A stretch of 64,000 nt of DNA from Acutalibacteraceae bacterium (GCA_045629305.1 JAZQQZ010000035.1:47626-111625), one strand, 5' to 3'. Shown: positions 7,766-17,191, counted from the stretch's first letter. The notes: generated from the letters alone by a model not told the origin. Translations and numbers: made by a program.

Positions 7766-7987
7766 GTGACGAAAATGACTGAGGATAAAAAGCAAGTTCC
7801 TTTGCGCTTATCGCCGAAGCTCTATAATGCGCTTGCCGCATGGGCTGAGGATGATTTTCGCTCCGTGAACGGTCAGATTGAATATCTCCTCACGGAATGC
7901 GTCAAGCAACGTAAAAAGGACGGAAAGTATGTCGGCCAGGACATAGATGCACCAATTGAACTTGTAATAGGTGAAGAAAATGATTGA
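7766..7987 (+). CDS. Arc-family ribbon-helix-helix DNA-binding protein
   Basis: [38 protein letters not shown] aligns by eye with phage P22 Arc (PQFNLRWPREVLDLVRKVAEENGRSVNSEIYQRVMESF). An alternative ATG start is at 7775. Confidence 0.55.
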   Translation: MTKMTEDKKQVPLRLSPKLYNALAAWAEDDFRSVNGQIEYLLTECVKQRKKDGKYVGQDIDAPIELVIGEEND

Positions 7988-8705
7988 AATTAAAAATTTA
8001 ACCAAAATATATGGTGATAAGAAAGCTGTAGATGACCTAAGCCTTACGATTGAAGCAGGTGAGATATTTGGTTTCATTGGCCACAACGGTGCAGGCAAAA
8101 CAACGACTTTAAAGTCTCTTGTTGGAATTTTAAAGTTCGATGAAGGTGAAATTTTGATTGATGATATGTCAATCAAAGAGAAGCCAATTGCTTGCAAGAA
8201 GATTTTTGCTTATATTCCTGATAATCCAGACCTCTATGACTATATGTCAGGTATACAATATCTAAACTTTATAGCAGATGTTTTTGGTGTACCAAAAGAG
8301 GTTCGTGAGGAGCGTATCCATAAATATGCATCCGCATTTGAAATTGAGGGCGATCTCGCTGAGATGATTTCAGCATATTCACATGGTATGAAGCAGAAAC
8401 TTGCTATTATATCTGCCCTCATTCATGAGCCAAAATATATGATTATGGACGAGCCTTTTGTAGGACTTGATCCTAAGGCTGCTCATATTGTAAAAGAATA
8501 TATGCGCGATATATGCGATGCTGGCGGCGCAATATTCTTCTCGACACACGTACTTGATGTTGCTGAAAAACTCTGTGACAAGATTGCCATTATCAAGGAT
8601 GGTAAACTTATCAAGTGTGGAACTATGGATGAAGTACGTGGCGATGAGTCACTTGAGGAAGTATTCCTCGAGCTTGTTGATGAGACAGCAGGTGAAAACG
8701 TATGA
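7971..8705 (+). CDS. ABC transporter ATP-binding protein
   Basis: Walker [10 protein letters not shown], signature YSHGMKQKL, Walker B IMDEP. An alternative ATG start is at 7980. It overlaps the RHH gene end. Confidence 0.9.
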   Translation: MKKMIEIKNLTKIYGDKKAVDDLSLTIEAGEIFGFIGHNGAGKTTTLKSLVGILKFDEGEILIDDMSIKEKPIACKKIFAYIPDNPDLYDYMSGIQYLNFIADVFGVPKEVREERIHKYASAFEIEGDLAEMISAYSHGMKQKLAIISALIHEPKYMIMDEPFVGLDPKAAHIVKEYMRDICDAGGAIFFSTHVLDVAEKLCDKIAIIKDGKLIKCGTMDEVRGDESLEEVFLELVDETAGENV

Positions 8706-10321
8706 CGAAATTACTTATTAAGAAGCAGCTTCAAGAGATTGCTTACTTCTATATAAGAGACCGCAAGACGGGCAAACGCCAGTCGAAGGGTAAGCAGATT
8801 ACTTTCATTTTGCTTTGGGCTGTAGTATTTCTAAGCCTTGGTGCTGCCGGCTTTGGTCTATGCGACCTCTTTGGCTCAGTATTTTTCGAAATAGGCCTTG
8901 ATTGGTTCTATTTTGCACTGATGGGTCTTGTTGCTATCTGTGTAGGTATATTTGGTAGTGTGTTTAGTACCTATGCTACTCTATATAAGGCCAAGGATAA
9001 TGAGGCGTTATTATCGCTACCACTAGATCCAAAGAAAATCTTAACTGCGAGACTTACAACAACTTATCTCTTGGGCTGTATTTTCTCAGCACTTTTCTAT
9101 ATTCCGACACTTATTTATTATTACACTCATGTGCCTCAGTCAGTAGCAAGTGTTCTGTGTTCACTATTACAGTTTTTTGTAATTAATATTGCTACGACTT
9201 CACTTGTTTGTGTAATAGGATATTTCATTGCTATTTTGTCTGCACGCTTTGCTGGCAAGACATATATCACAGTAATTGTAACAATGGGCTTACTTGCTCT
9301 ATATTACTGGGGATATTTCAAACTTATGGCAAACATCGAGACAATTGCAGGAAATGGCACAATCTTTGCGCAAAAGCTCGAAGGAAAAGCATTGATTTTC
9401 CACAAGTTCGGTGAAGCATTTATTGGTGATATCCCATCATTCCTTATCTGGACACTTATAGTAATTGCTATATTTGCTATTGTATTCTTGGTGCTTTCAT
9501 CAAATTATGTAAAACTCATGACAACCAATAGGGGCACTAAGAAGATAGAATATGTTGCCGAGAAGTCTATTAAGGCAAGAAGCCTTGATAAGGCACTTCT
9601 TATGAAGGAGTGGAAACGCTTTACCAAGAGTGCAATATATCTGATGAATGCTGGTATTGGTGCAATGGTTTCTCCACTTGTGGCGATTGTAATGGTAATA
9701 AAAGCAGATGCCATAAGAGGATATATTGAAAAAATGGTATCAGTGATGCCAAATGTTGATATTAGTTGGTATATTCCACTTGTATGCGCTGCGATGATTC
9801 TGTTTATCGGAAGTATGATAGATGTTTCTACACCATCAATTTCACTTGAGGGACAGAATATCTGGATACTGAAGTCGCTTCCAATTGAGCCTACTGAGAT
9901 ATTGCGTCAAAAGAGAAGACTGCATCTTGCAATTTCTATACCGGCATTAGTAATAATGGGACTTGCATTTGGTTATGTCTTTAAAATGAGCGTTGAAAAC
10001 TTGTCGTTAATCCTTCTCATTGGAATAGCATATTCAATATTTAATGCAAATGCCGGCTTGGCACTCAACCTCCTTATGCCAAATCTCACTTGGAAGGATG
10101 AGACGGTTCCAGTAAAGCAGAGCGCGCCAGTTATGATAATCATATTTGGAAGCTATGCTGTTATTATTGGACTAGGCGTTCTATATGTTAAAGTTCTAAT
10201 CAATGTTATAGAAACTCCAACTGATTTCATGATATATGTATTTGTATTCTTTATTGTTCTTGCTGGACTCATTCAGAAATGGCTGGATCGAAAAGGCGTA
10301 GAACTTTGGAATGAATTATAA
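8702..10321 (+). CDS. Polytopic membrane protein, putative ABC exporter permease
   Basis: 539 aa with many hydrophobic segments. The start overlaps the ATPase stop (ATGA). No recognisable motif beyond topology. Confidence 0.65.
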   Translation: MTKLLIKKQLQEIAYFYIRDRKTGKRQSKGKQITFILLWAVVFLSLGAAGFGLCDLFGSVFFEIGLDWFYFALMGLVAICVGIFGSVFSTYATLYKAKDNEALLSLPLDPKKILTARLTTTYLLGCIFSALFYIPTLIYYYTHVPQSVASVLCSLLQFFVINIATTSLVCVIGYFIAILSARFAGKTYITVIVTMGLLALYYWGYFKLMANIETIAGNGTIFAQKLEGKALIFHKFGEAFIGDIPSFLIWTLIVIAIFAIVFLVLSSNYVKLMTTNRGTKKIEYVAEKSIKARSLDKALLMKEWKRFTKSAIYLMNAGIGAMVSPLVAIVMVIKADAIRGYIEKMVSVMPNVDISWYIPLVCAAMILFIGSMIDVSTPSISLEGQNIWILKSLPIEPTEILRQKRRLHLAISIPALVIMGLAFGYVFKMSVENLSLILLIGIAYSIFNANAGLALNLLMPNLTWKDETVPVKQSAPVMIIIFGSYAVIIGLGVLYVKVLINVIETPTDFMIYVFVFFIVLAGLIQKWLDRKGVELWNEL

Positions 10322-10324
10322 AAG

Positions 10325-10360
10325 AAAAAGCTCCTCGGAATTTCCGGGGAGCTTGTTTTA
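10325..10360. terminator. Bidirectional intrinsic terminator between convergent genes
   Basis: 10-bp stem AGCTCCTCGG / CCGGGGAGCT, with an A-run upstream and a T-run downstream. Confidence 0.75.
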
Positions 10361-11329
10361 TTTAAGAACGAAACATAGCCAGTTCTTATCCTGATGTCGC
10401 TCTTCAATTTGGAAGCCATATTTATCGAAGGCGGCGGTGACGTCAGCCTCTCTGGTATCTATGATACCGCTGACGATGAAGATGCCGCCTGGTTTCATAA
10501 ATTGACGGGCATTTTGGCAGAATAGAATTATTATGTCTGCTACGATATTTGCTACAACTACGTCGAATTTGCCATTTACTTTGTCTGTTAAATCGCCACA
10601 AAGTATGGTATAACGCGGCTCTGTAAAGGCGTTCACCTTGCCATTCTCGACTGCAGTCTTGGTTGCGAGCTCGTCAATGTCCACACCTACGGCGTTTTTC
10701 GCTCCGAGGAGAAGGCTCGAGAGAGCCAAAATTCCAGAGCCACAGCCGAGGTCGAGGACGGACTCGCCACCACAGAGCTTCTCTTCCAAAGTTTCAAGGC
10801 AGAGGTGGGTGGTCTCATGGGTACCTGTACCGAAAGCGAGGCCCGGCTCAAGCATTAGAATCTCTCTGCCTGGATAATCTTTGGCAATCTCATCTTTATC
10901 TTCCCAGGATGGGCATATGAGGAGGCGGTTGCCGATTGGGATTGGGTGATAGTTCTTCTTCCAATTGTTCTGCCAATCCTCATTCTTGCAGAGCAGTGTT
11001 TCCGTTTCATACTTGATGCCTTCAGCAGAGAAACGCTCTGACAAGAATGCAAGCGCCTCCGCCGGATTCACATCGGGCTCTATATAGATATGGATAATTC
11101 CGATGTTTTTATCTTTAGCGAGGAGTTCCTCATCGATAAGATCGATGTGGGCAATATCCCAGGATTCCTCCTCTAAAGTGCGATAATCCTCAATATAGAT
11201 ACCGTAAGGTACGGTCATATTAGCAATATCCGACGCCCTGTCAAGGTCGTCGGATGCTATGCTTATTTTAATTTCGGTCCAATCTGCATCTGGACCGAAA
11301 TCCACGTATGCATTACTAAAATCGTCCAT
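10358..11329 (-). CDS. prmA: Ribosomal protein L11 methyltransferase
   Basis: GLAFGTGTHETTHLCLE and VLDLGCGSGILA (SAM-binding) motifs, 323 aa. Confidence 0.9.
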   Translation of the reverse strand: MDDFSNAYVDFGPDADWTEIKISIASDDLDRASDIANMTVPYGIYIEDYRTLEEESWDIAHIDLIDEELLAKDKNIGIIHIYIEPDVNPAEALAFLSERFSAEGIKYETETLLCKNEDWQNNWKKNYHPIPIGNRLLICPSWEDKDEIAKDYPGREILMLEPGLAFGTGTHETTHLCLETLEEKLCGGESVLDLGCGSGILALSSLLLGAKNAVGVDIDELATKTAVENGKVNAFTEPRYTILCGDLTDKVNGKFDVVVANIVADIIILFCQNARQFMKPGGIFIVSGIIDTREADVTAAFDKYGFQIEERHQDKNWLCFVLK

Positions 11330-11332
11330 TTC

Positions 11333-12343
11333 TTATCCTTCATCCATAAGATTTGCTCGAGGTCTTAGGTCGTCTTTGCGACCTGGGTTATAGACCTTTA
11401 TGTCGTCGAGACCCCATTGACGGGCGCTGAAAGTGCCAGCGTCAAGGCCTGCTTCGAGTTCTGAGAACTCGTATACACGAGCATCCATCTCGTCGAGTTC
11501 GTGTAGGAGCGATGCCTCGAGGAACATAGGACGCACTGCAGCGCCGAACTCAGGATTGCCGTGGTGGGAGAGAAGCATATGTTCTACAAGACGGAGCTTC
11601 TCATCATCAAGGCCTAGTTTCGTGCCAGTGAATCTCACTATCATTGCACCACGAACAAGGTGGCCTACAAGGTTGCCATCAACTGTATACTCTGAGGCAA
11701 CACCCATCTCATTGGAACCCATCTCAGAAATTTTGCCGATGTCATGAAGGGCAGCACCTGTGAGAAGAAGGTCACGATCAACCTGTGGATATACTGAACA
11801 TACTTTATCTGCAAGTGTCATAATTGAGAGTGTGTGGAAAAGAAGTCCGCCACGCATAGCGTGATGCATTTTGACAGCGGCAGGATAGTACATAAGCTTT
11901 TCCTGGTACTTCTCATATATTGCGAGGGTCAATTTCTTTAAGTCCTCATCTTTAAATGAGCCAACGATTGTAATAATCTTGGCAAACATATCCTCTGAAG
12001 GATAGTCAGCGGACTTTACAAAGTCCTCTGCCTTAACTGTGGCAGGAGCTCTCCATACATCGTCGAGAGTTACTTGGAATGCGCCATTGAAACGGCGTAC
12101 CATTCCCGAGTAACCTACGAGATCTCCTGATGCGAAAATCTCGGATGTACCATCGAGATAGTTGAAAAATTTGGCGTTTACTTCGCCTGATTTGTCGGCG
12201 AGAACGATATCAACATATTTGTTGCCGTTCTTGCCAACGCGAATATCATATTTCTTTACCATTCCGTGTCCTGTAACTTTAGTGTTATCAGGATACAATG
12301 TGGCTTCGTTAAATGGATTAAGATTTGCTGATTCTGAATTCAT
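11333..12343 (-). CDS. yhaM: 3'-5' exoribonuclease YhaM-like (OB-fold + HD domain)
   Basis: N-terminal OB-fold (GNKYVDIVLADKSGEVNAKFF) and HD-domain motifs HHAMRGGLLFHT and LHDIGK. Confidence 0.75.
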   Translation of the reverse strand: MNSESANLNPFNEATLYPDNTKVTGHGMVKKYDIRVGKNGNKYVDIVLADKSGEVNAKFFNYLDGTSEIFASGDLVGYSGMVRRFNGAFQVTLDDVWRAPATVKAEDFVKSADYPSEDMFAKIITIVGSFKDEDLKKLTLAIYEKYQEKLMYYPAAVKMHHAMRGGLLFHTLSIMTLADKVCSVYPQVDRDLLLTGAALHDIGKISEMGSNEMGVASEYTVDGNLVGHLVRGAMIVRFTGTKLGLDDEKLRLVEHMLLSHHGNPEFGAAVRPMFLEASLLHELDEMDARVYEFSELEAGLDAGTFSARQWGLDDIKVYNPGRKDDLRPRANLMDEG

Positions 12344-12443
12344 CTATAACACCTCGTTGAGAATTATAACATTTTTATGCCTTTATAAAAAGTGATAGTT
12401 ATGATAAAATTTACTAGTATTTTATAAAACGGAGTGTATTTCA

Positions 12444-13727
12444 ATGAAAAACACCTTTGAGACAATAGAAATTGCCGAAGCGGTCCGTCTCTGTGGATAT
12501 GAGACGGATAGATTTACTACAAATATAATCACCGTTTCGATTGCAGTGCCACTTATCACTGAGACGATGTCCGCTAATGCGATAGTCCCATATCTCCTCA
12601 CAAGATCGAATGAGGAATATAGGACATATATTGAACTCAACAAGAAACTTGCATCGCTTTATGGAGCGGGTATTGTATGTAGCAAGGGAAAGCACGGTGA
12701 CAATTTTGTCATCCGTATGTCTGTTGAATTTATCGATAACAAATTTGCTTTTGACGGCGAAGATATCGCGCTCGATTCGGCGAAACTCCTTTTCGACATG
12801 ATATTTAGGCCTAATCTTGTAAATGGTGCCTTCAATCCTGACGAACTTGAGAAGGAGAGACGCCTCGCTATCGAGCGCATCAATGCGGCAATCAACAACA
12901 AACGCAACTATGCACTTGATAGATGCACAGAGATAATGTGCGAAAATGAGCCTTTTGGTATAAATGATAATGGTACAGTCGAGGGCATGATGGCTCTGAC
13001 ACCGGCCTCCGTATATGAGGCATACCAGGACATGATAAGGAAAGGCAGAATTCAAATTTCTTCTGTTGGAAACATCGACAACAATAAGATTGCAGAGCTC
13101 TTCTCACAATATCTTGATAATGTGGCTCGTGAGCCATATATGCTCTTCACATCCCTAATCTGCGAGGCAGAAGAAGTGAAGAGAGTAACAGAAGAGATGC
13201 CTGTAAAACAAGGCAAGCTTGTTCTTGGATTTAGAACTGGTATGAAGGATCCAGATGCCGATTTTGCTAAGATTCGTATGATGACTGACATCTTCGGTGG
13301 TGGTCCACACTCAAGACTCTTTATGAATGTACGTGAAAAGATGAGTCTTTGCTATTATTGCTCAGCTAGATTCCTTGGAATAAAGGGAATAATCTTCGTT
13401 CAGAGCGGAATTGAGGATGAGAAGGCAGAGATTGCAATTGAGGAGATAAAGAATCAACTTAGTGATATTGCAGATGGCAATATCACAGATGAGGATATGT
13501 TGAATTCTCTTCGCTCACTTAAAGATTCATACAAGACGGTTATGGATACGCCAGAGACAATTGACATTTGGCTTTTCAATCACGAGTCAGACGATGAAGT
13601 CATCACTCCACCGATGCTCGCTGAGATGATTTCTAAGGTTACTAAAGAGGAGGTAATCGAGGCTGCAAAAGCGGTTACACTCGATACAATTTATCTTCTC
13701 AAAGGTAATGAAAAGGAGGCGGAATAA
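12444..13727 (+). CDS. M16-family peptidase-like protein with no HxxEH motif seen; probably the non-catalytic partner
   Basis: 427 aa, translationally coupled to the next M16 gene (stop and start overlap at 13727). Overall insulinase-like layout. Confidence 0.65.
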   Translation: MKNTFETIEIAEAVRLCGYETDRFTTNIITVSIAVPLITETMSANAIVPYLLTRSNEEYRTYIELNKKLASLYGAGIVCSKGKHGDNFVIRMSVEFIDNKFAFDGEDIALDSAKLLFDMIFRPNLVNGAFNPDELEKERRLAIERINAAINNKRNYALDRCTEIMCENEPFGINDNGTVEGMMALTPASVYEAYQDMIRKGRIQISSVGNIDNNKIAELFSQYLDNVAREPYMLFTSLICEAEEVKRVTEEMPVKQGKLVLGFRTGMKDPDADFAKIRMMTDIFGGGPHSRLFMNVREKMSLCYYCSARFLGIKGIIFVQSGIEDEKAEIAIEEIKNQLSDIADGNITDEDMLNSLRSLKDSYKTVMDTPETIDIWLFNHESDDEVITPPMLAEMISKVTKEEVIEAAKAVTLDTIYLLKGNEKEAE

Positions 13728-14980
13728 TGGATTATAAAGTAATCAGAAACGACCTCCTAGATGATGAGTATTATGAGATAGACCATAAGTCAGGTCTTAA
13801 GATTTTCGTGTATCCTAAAGAGGGATACGGCAGTACTTATGCGGTTTTCGGAACAAATTATGGCTCTATTGATGCTGTTGATATTCCGAACGGCACAGCG
13901 CATTTCTTAGAGCATAAGCTCTTCGAGTCCGAAGAGCTTGACGCTTTTCAGCGCTTTGCCGTAACTGGCGCGAGTGCCAACGCATATACATCATTTGATA
14001 AGACATGCTATCTCTTCTCATGTGGTGATAATTTCAAAGAGAATCTCGCAATCTTGCTCGACTTCGTACAGCACCCTTATTTCACAGAGGAGACTGTGAA
14101 AAAGGAGCAGGGAATTATCGGTCAAGAGATTGAGATGTACCAGGATGAACCATCCTGGGAGGTTATCTTCAATCTTCTCCGTGCAGCGTATAATACTCAC
14201 CCTGTTCGTATCGATATCGCCGGCACGGTTGACTCCATTGCAGAGATTACAGCAGATATGCTCTACGACTGTTACAATAAGTACTACAACCTTTCAAATA
14301 TGGTTCTTTGCTGCGTAGGTAATACTACGGTAGAAGAGGTTATAAAAGTCGTAGATGAGCAGATTATCGAGAAACCACTTGTACCGGTAAAGCGTCAAGA
14401 TTTCAATGAGAAATATGAGATAAATAAGCCTTATATTGAGGAAAAACTTTCTGTGGCTCAACCACATTTTGCCCTCGGATTCAAAGGCAAGCTTGGTCCA
14501 CAGAGCGGTAAGGAGTATCTGAAAAATTACTTACTCATCAATATTGTGCTTGATGCCTGCTTCGGCGAGACGACCGAGTTCATGAACGGTCTTCTTGACG
14601 ATGGCTATATAAATGATAATTACTCTAGTGAGACGTTTTTCGGACCTGGTTATCAGATGATGATACTCAGTGGCGAAAGTCGGGATCCGAACTATGTGGC
14701 TGAGGCAATAAGGATTGAACTCGGTCGTATAATGCGCGAGGGCATCGACGAAGAGAACTTCGAGACTATCCGCCGCGCGCATTTCGGAAGAAGCGTAATG
14801 AAATTCAACGATGTTGATGGTCTTGCTAATGATTTGCTCTCATCATATTTTGATGGATATAGACTTTTCGATGAACTTGAAATTTTCAAGAACATTACAG
14901 TAGATGATGCCAATAAACTCATCCATGAGATGTTCGATGTAAATAATTCTTCACTTTCAGTGATTTTACCTAAGGAATAG
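13727..14980 (+). CDS. M16-family (insulinase/pitrilysin-like) zinc peptidase
   Basis: The inverted zinc motif HFLEH is present (GTAHFLEHKLF). Confidence 0.8.
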   Translation: MDYKVIRNDLLDDEYYEIDHKSGLKIFVYPKEGYGSTYAVFGTNYGSIDAVDIPNGTAHFLEHKLFESEELDAFQRFAVTGASANAYTSFDKTCYLFSCGDNFKENLAILLDFVQHPYFTEETVKKEQGIIGQEIEMYQDEPSWEVIFNLLRAAYNTHPVRIDIAGTVDSIAEITADMLYDCYNKYYNLSNMVLCCVGNTTVEEVIKVVDEQIIEKPLVPVKRQDFNEKYEINKPYIEEKLSVAQPHFALGFKGKLGPQSGKEYLKNYLLINIVLDACFGETTEFMNGLLDDGYINDNYSSETFFGPGYQMMILSGESRDPNYVAEAIRIELGRIMREGIDEENFETIRRAHFGRSVMKFNDVDGLANDLLSSYFDGYRLFDELEIFKNITVDDANKLIHEMFDVNNSSLSVILPKE

Positions 14981-14991
14981 AGGCGAATAAA

Positions 14992-15903
14992 TTGAGCGAC
15001 TATACGGTTGTATATTTTAAGGCGTTATCCCGCGGATTCTCCATACCGTCAACACTTGTGGATTTTTCAATTGGCAAGATTGATTTTGAAGTCAAATGGT
15101 ATGGCGTATTTATTGCAATAGGATATATCCTTGCACTACTTTTCTGCACACGACTCGCGAAGAGAGCTAAAATTGATGTAGATGCACTCTACGATGCAAT
15201 CATTTTCGGCACTATCGGCGGCATCGTCGGTGCACGTACATACTATGTACTTTTCAATTTGGATTATTATCTGCAGTACCCGAATCATATACTTGCAATA
15301 AATGAGGGCGGCCTTGCAATTTACGGTGGAATAATTGGCGCATTGCTTGTTGCGCTGATTGTCTGCAAGGTAAAGAAGCTTCATGTACTCGACGTCTTCG
15401 ACCTCGCAGTGGTCGGCTTCTTTATCGGTCAAGGTGTCGGTAGATGGGGTAATTTTACTAACCAGGAGGCGTTCGGAACCAATACGAACCTCCCATGGGG
15501 TATGATGAGTAGTAAGACAATCGATTATATCGCAGACAATCAGGATTTTTTCGAGGCCCACGGCCTCCTCGTTTCACCATATGAATACGTGCATCCGACC
15601 TTCCTTTACGAGTCCCTATGGTGTATAGCCGGATTTATTGTTCTCTATTTTATGTTTAGAAACTGGAGACATTTCCGTGGCCAAATTTTCCTCTCATACG
15701 GTGTTCTTTATGGTCTTGAGAGGGGACTCGTCGAAGGTCTTCGCACAGACAGTCTCTATATTGCGAACACAAGTTTTAGAATTTCTCAAGTGCTTTCTAT
15801 TGCACTTGCAGTTGTTTGTTTGGTATTATTAATTATCGGACTAGTTAAGAAAAAGGATTCCTTGAAGGAGGATGAGACATATGAGCAAGAAAGCGAAAGC
15901 TAA
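14992..15903 (+). CDS. lgt: Prolipoprotein diacylglyceryl transferase
   Basis: GGLAIYGGIIGA and GRWGNFTNQEAFG motifs. TTG start. Confidence 0.9.
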   Translation: MSDYTVVYFKALSRGFSIPSTLVDFSIGKIDFEVKWYGVFIAIGYILALLFCTRLAKRAKIDVDALYDAIIFGTIGGIVGARTYYVLFNLDYYLQYPNHILAINEGGLAIYGGIIGALLVALIVCKVKKLHVLDVFDLAVVGFFIGQGVGRWGNFTNQEAFGTNTNLPWGMMSSKTIDYIADNQDFFEAHGLLVSPYEYVHPTFLYESLWCIAGFIVLYFMFRNWRHFRGQIFLSYGVLYGLERGLVEGLRTDSLYIANTSFRISQVLSIALAVVCLVLLIIGLVKKKDSLKEDETYEQESES

Positions 15904-16138
15904 AAAGCGCGAAGAAGAACTTCAGGAAATGCTCGATGATATGACCAAGAAAGAACTCAAGGCATACAAGAAGGCTGAAGCTCTTAAAGCCGAAAAAGCT
16001 GCAAAGAAGGCAGCAAAGAAGAAAAAATTCAAGAAGAGAAACAAGAAGGCAAAGAAACTTGGTAAGAAACTCTACAAGTGGCAGTTCCTCAGCAAGAAGA
16101 CTAGAAAGAGAAAACGCAAAGCACTTGGCAGACTATAA
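15881..16138 (+). CDS. Very basic Lys-rich small protein of unknown function (85 aa)
   Basis: GGAGG at 15867-15871 lies 9 nt upstream of ATG 15881. The sequence is MSKKAKAKKREEELQEM...KKAAKKKKFKKRNKKAKKLGKK...RKRKRKALGRL. It overlaps the last 23 nt of lgt in another frame and is followed by a terminator. Confidence 0.5.
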   Translation: MSKKAKAKKREEELQEMLDDMTKKELKAYKKAEALKAEKAAKKAAKKKKFKKRNKKAKKLGKKLYKWQFLSKKTRKRKRKALGRL

Positions 16139-16157
16139 TATATAAAAATGTTCTAAA

Positions 16158-16190
16158 GAGGAGTCGAGAAATTTCTTGACTCCTTTTATT
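16158..16190 (+). terminator. Intrinsic terminator after the basic small ORF
   Basis: Stem GGAGTCGAGAA / TTCTTGACTCC with one G-U pair, followed by TTTTATT. Confidence 0.7.
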
Positions 16191-16204
16191 ACGCGTGTTA
16201 TAAT
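16176..16204 (+). promoter_or_regulatory. Sigma-A promoter of rplU-rpmA (TTGACT-17-TATAAT)
   Basis: TTGACT at 16176-16181 lies inside the descending arm of the preceding terminator. TATAAT at 16199-16204. Confidence 0.65.
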
Positions 16205-16291
16205 ACACGTTGCCGCATATTCTGGGCGGGCTCAGAAAAGCCCATAAGTAAAGCAATTTCGCCCATCGTAGCGAGACCTAAAAAAGAAGGA
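16205..16291 (+). promoter_or_regulatory. Candidate L21 ribosomal-protein leader (autoregulatory 5' UTR structure)
   Basis: Nested helices TGGGCG...CGCCCA and GGGCT-CAGAAA-AGCCC lie between the promoter and rplU. The position matches the known Firmicute L21 leader. I could not run a covariance model. Confidence 0.4.
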
Positions 16292-16300
16292 ATGAAAGAC

Positions 16301-16804
16301 ATGTACGCAGTTGTAGAAACAGGCGGAAAACAGTACAAGGTTGCTGAAGGCGACGTAATCTACGTTGAAAAGCTCGACGTTAAAGACGGCGCTAAGGTAT
16401 CACTTGACAAGGTACTTGCTGTTGGCACAGACAAGGGCATCAAGGTTGGCGATCCTTATATCAAGGGCGCAACAGTTGAAGCTAAGGCCATCAAGAACGG
16501 CAAGGGTAAGAAGGTTGTTGTATTCACATACAAGCCAAAGAAGAACGAAAAGCGCAAGATGGGCCATCGTCAGCCATATACAAAGCTTGAGATCGTAAAG
16601 ATTTCTGAGAAGGCTGAGAAGAAACCAGCTGCTGCTAAGGAAGATAAAGCTGAGGCAAAGCCAGCTGCAGAGAAGAAGGCACCAGCAAAGAAGGCTGCTG
16701 CTCCTAAGGCTGCTGCTGAGAAGAAACCAGCTGCTGCAAAGAAGCCAGCTGCTGAGAAGAAAGCTCCAGCAAAGAAGACAACTAAGGCTGAAAAAGCCGA
16801 ATAA
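16301..16804 (+). CDS. rplU: 50S ribosomal protein L21 with a C-terminal Lys/Ala/Pro-rich extension of about 66 aa
   Basis: [14 protein letters not shown]...[11 protein letters not shown] is the canonical L21 core. ATG 16301 is preferred over 16292. The tail is [57 protein letters not shown]. Confidence 0.9.
   Translation: MYAVVETGGKQYKVAEGDVIYVEKLDVKDGAKVSLDKVLAVGTDKGIKVGDPYIKGATVEAKAIKNGKGKKVVVFTYKPKKNEKRKMGHRQPYTKLEIVKISEKAEKKPAAAKEDKAEAKPAAEKKAPAKKAAAPKAAAEKKPAAAKKPAAEKKAPAKKTTKAEKAE
16604..16801 (+). repeat. In-frame degenerate tandem repeats encoding (K/E)KPAA / AEKKAPAKK units
   Basis: Repeated GCTGCTGAGAAGAAACCAGCTGCTGC-like units are visible in the DNA at 16620-16790. Confidence 0.7.
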
Positions 16805-16824
16805 TGAAGGGAGTGTAAGTTCTA

Positions 16825-17088
16825 ATGGCACATAAGAAAGGTATGGGTTCTACCAGAAATGGTCGTGACTCAGAAGCAAAGCGCCTTGGCGTTAAGCGTG
16901 CTGATGGTCAGTACGTACTTGCAGGAAACATCCTTGTTAAGCAGAGAGGAACACACATCCACCCAGGTAACAACGTAGGTAAGGGTTCAGATGACACACT
17001 CTTCGCTAAAATCGACGGTCGCGTAAAGTTCGAGCGTCTTGGAAAAGATCGCAAGAAGGTTTCAGTTTACGCTGTCGAAGAACAGTAA
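16825..17088 (+). CDS. rpmA: 50S ribosomal protein L27 with no N-terminal propeptide
   Basis: [24 protein letters not shown]... begins directly at the mature AHKKG motif. Confidence 0.95.
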   Translation: MAHKKGMGSTRNGRDSEAKRLGVKRADGQYVLAGNILVKQRGTHIHPGNNVGKGSDDTLFAKIDGRVKFERLGKDRKKVSVYAVEEQ

Positions 17089-17090
17089 TT

Positions 17091-17123
17091 AAAGGACGAG
17101 CTCAACAGAGCTCGTCTTTTTTA
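17091..17123 (+). terminator. Intrinsic terminator after rpmA
   Basis: GACGAGCTC / GAGCTCGTC 9-bp stem, loop AACA, then T6. Confidence 0.8.
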
Positions 17124-17191
17124 TTCCTGCCCAATCGGTTTACATCCTATTTTAATTGTATTATAATAATATAGTTTTAAGAGGTGATTTA

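Noticed and set aside
16604-16801. Short tandem DNA repeats, checked as a possible CRISPR or minisatellite
   Set aside because: The repeats are degenerate, in frame and contiguous with the L21 core. There are no unique spacers. They encode the K/A/P-rich tail.
16365-16831. Alternative-frame and antisense ORFs across rplU (77 aa on the plus strand, 143 aa on the minus strand)
   Set aside because: They are shadows of the repetitive GCT/AAG-rich L21 tail region, with Leu/Ser/Cys-rich translations and no signals.
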